DNA of 64,000 nt. Origin: a virus. A program made the translations under genes and the position numbers. Shown one piece after another: positions 63,933 through 64,000 of this stretch. Location of the stretch: the IMG/VR virus record IMGVR_UViG_3300027759_000077, positions 6,946-70,945 of that record; one strand, written 5' to 3'. Numbering within the stretch: the stretch's first letter is position 1; each line of letters opens with the position of its first letter. The notes under the pieces are model-generated. The model did not search any database, was not told the origin of the DNA, and worked only from the letters and a program-made list of their open reading frames with translations.

Positions 63933-64000
63933 TCAATGGTAAGTTAGTTCGTTTGTTTTTTCTTAATAAGCCTTTGCGTGTTGCAGAGGCTTTGTTCTTT

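Noticed and set aside
1-64000. Alternative genetic code / stop-codon reassignment
   Set aside because: Very long ORFs are intact in the standard code, and TAA, TAG and TGA all terminate tightly packed genes.

Overview
The window is a gene-dense segment of a tailed dsDNA phage with an HK97-type head and a long non-contractile tail. It is probably temperate, and several protein styles suggest a Planctomycetota host (inference). Layout: (i) a leftward replication/recombination block (1-3367: Zn-finger/TOPRIM primase cut by the window edge, SSB-like protein, dATP/dGTP diphosphohydrolase, RecT-like protein); (ii) a rightward early block (3538-15732: RHH regulator, YqaJ exonuclease, an origin-like inverted-repeat region, a DUF1257/DUF2997/Ycf46-like AAA/DUF3150-like cluster, excisionase, Cas4-like nuclease, an intact attP built from the 3' half of tRNA-Arg(TCT) with arm repeats, and a tyrosine integrase); (iii) a long leftward late operon (15692-59694: portal, prohead protease, major capsid, neck, two tail-tube paralogs, a frameshifted tail chaperone, a 3653-aa tape measure protein, many fibre/receptor proteins, a glycosyltransferase and an atypical lysis module); (iv) a rightward block (59776-64000) of orphan genes. 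Main observations: a well-formed, circularly permuted twister ribozyme directly after a stop codon at 63194-63265, with what looks like the start of a second copy at the window end, so that two ribozymes may bracket one Cys-rich ORF; a tape measure protein carrying DEDDh exonuclease, SNase, metallopeptidase-like and Zn-ribbon domains; and the uncharacterised AAA cluster, two of whose proteins share a C-terminal PRRTLI motif. All family assignments come from recognising motifs by eye; no database searches were run.
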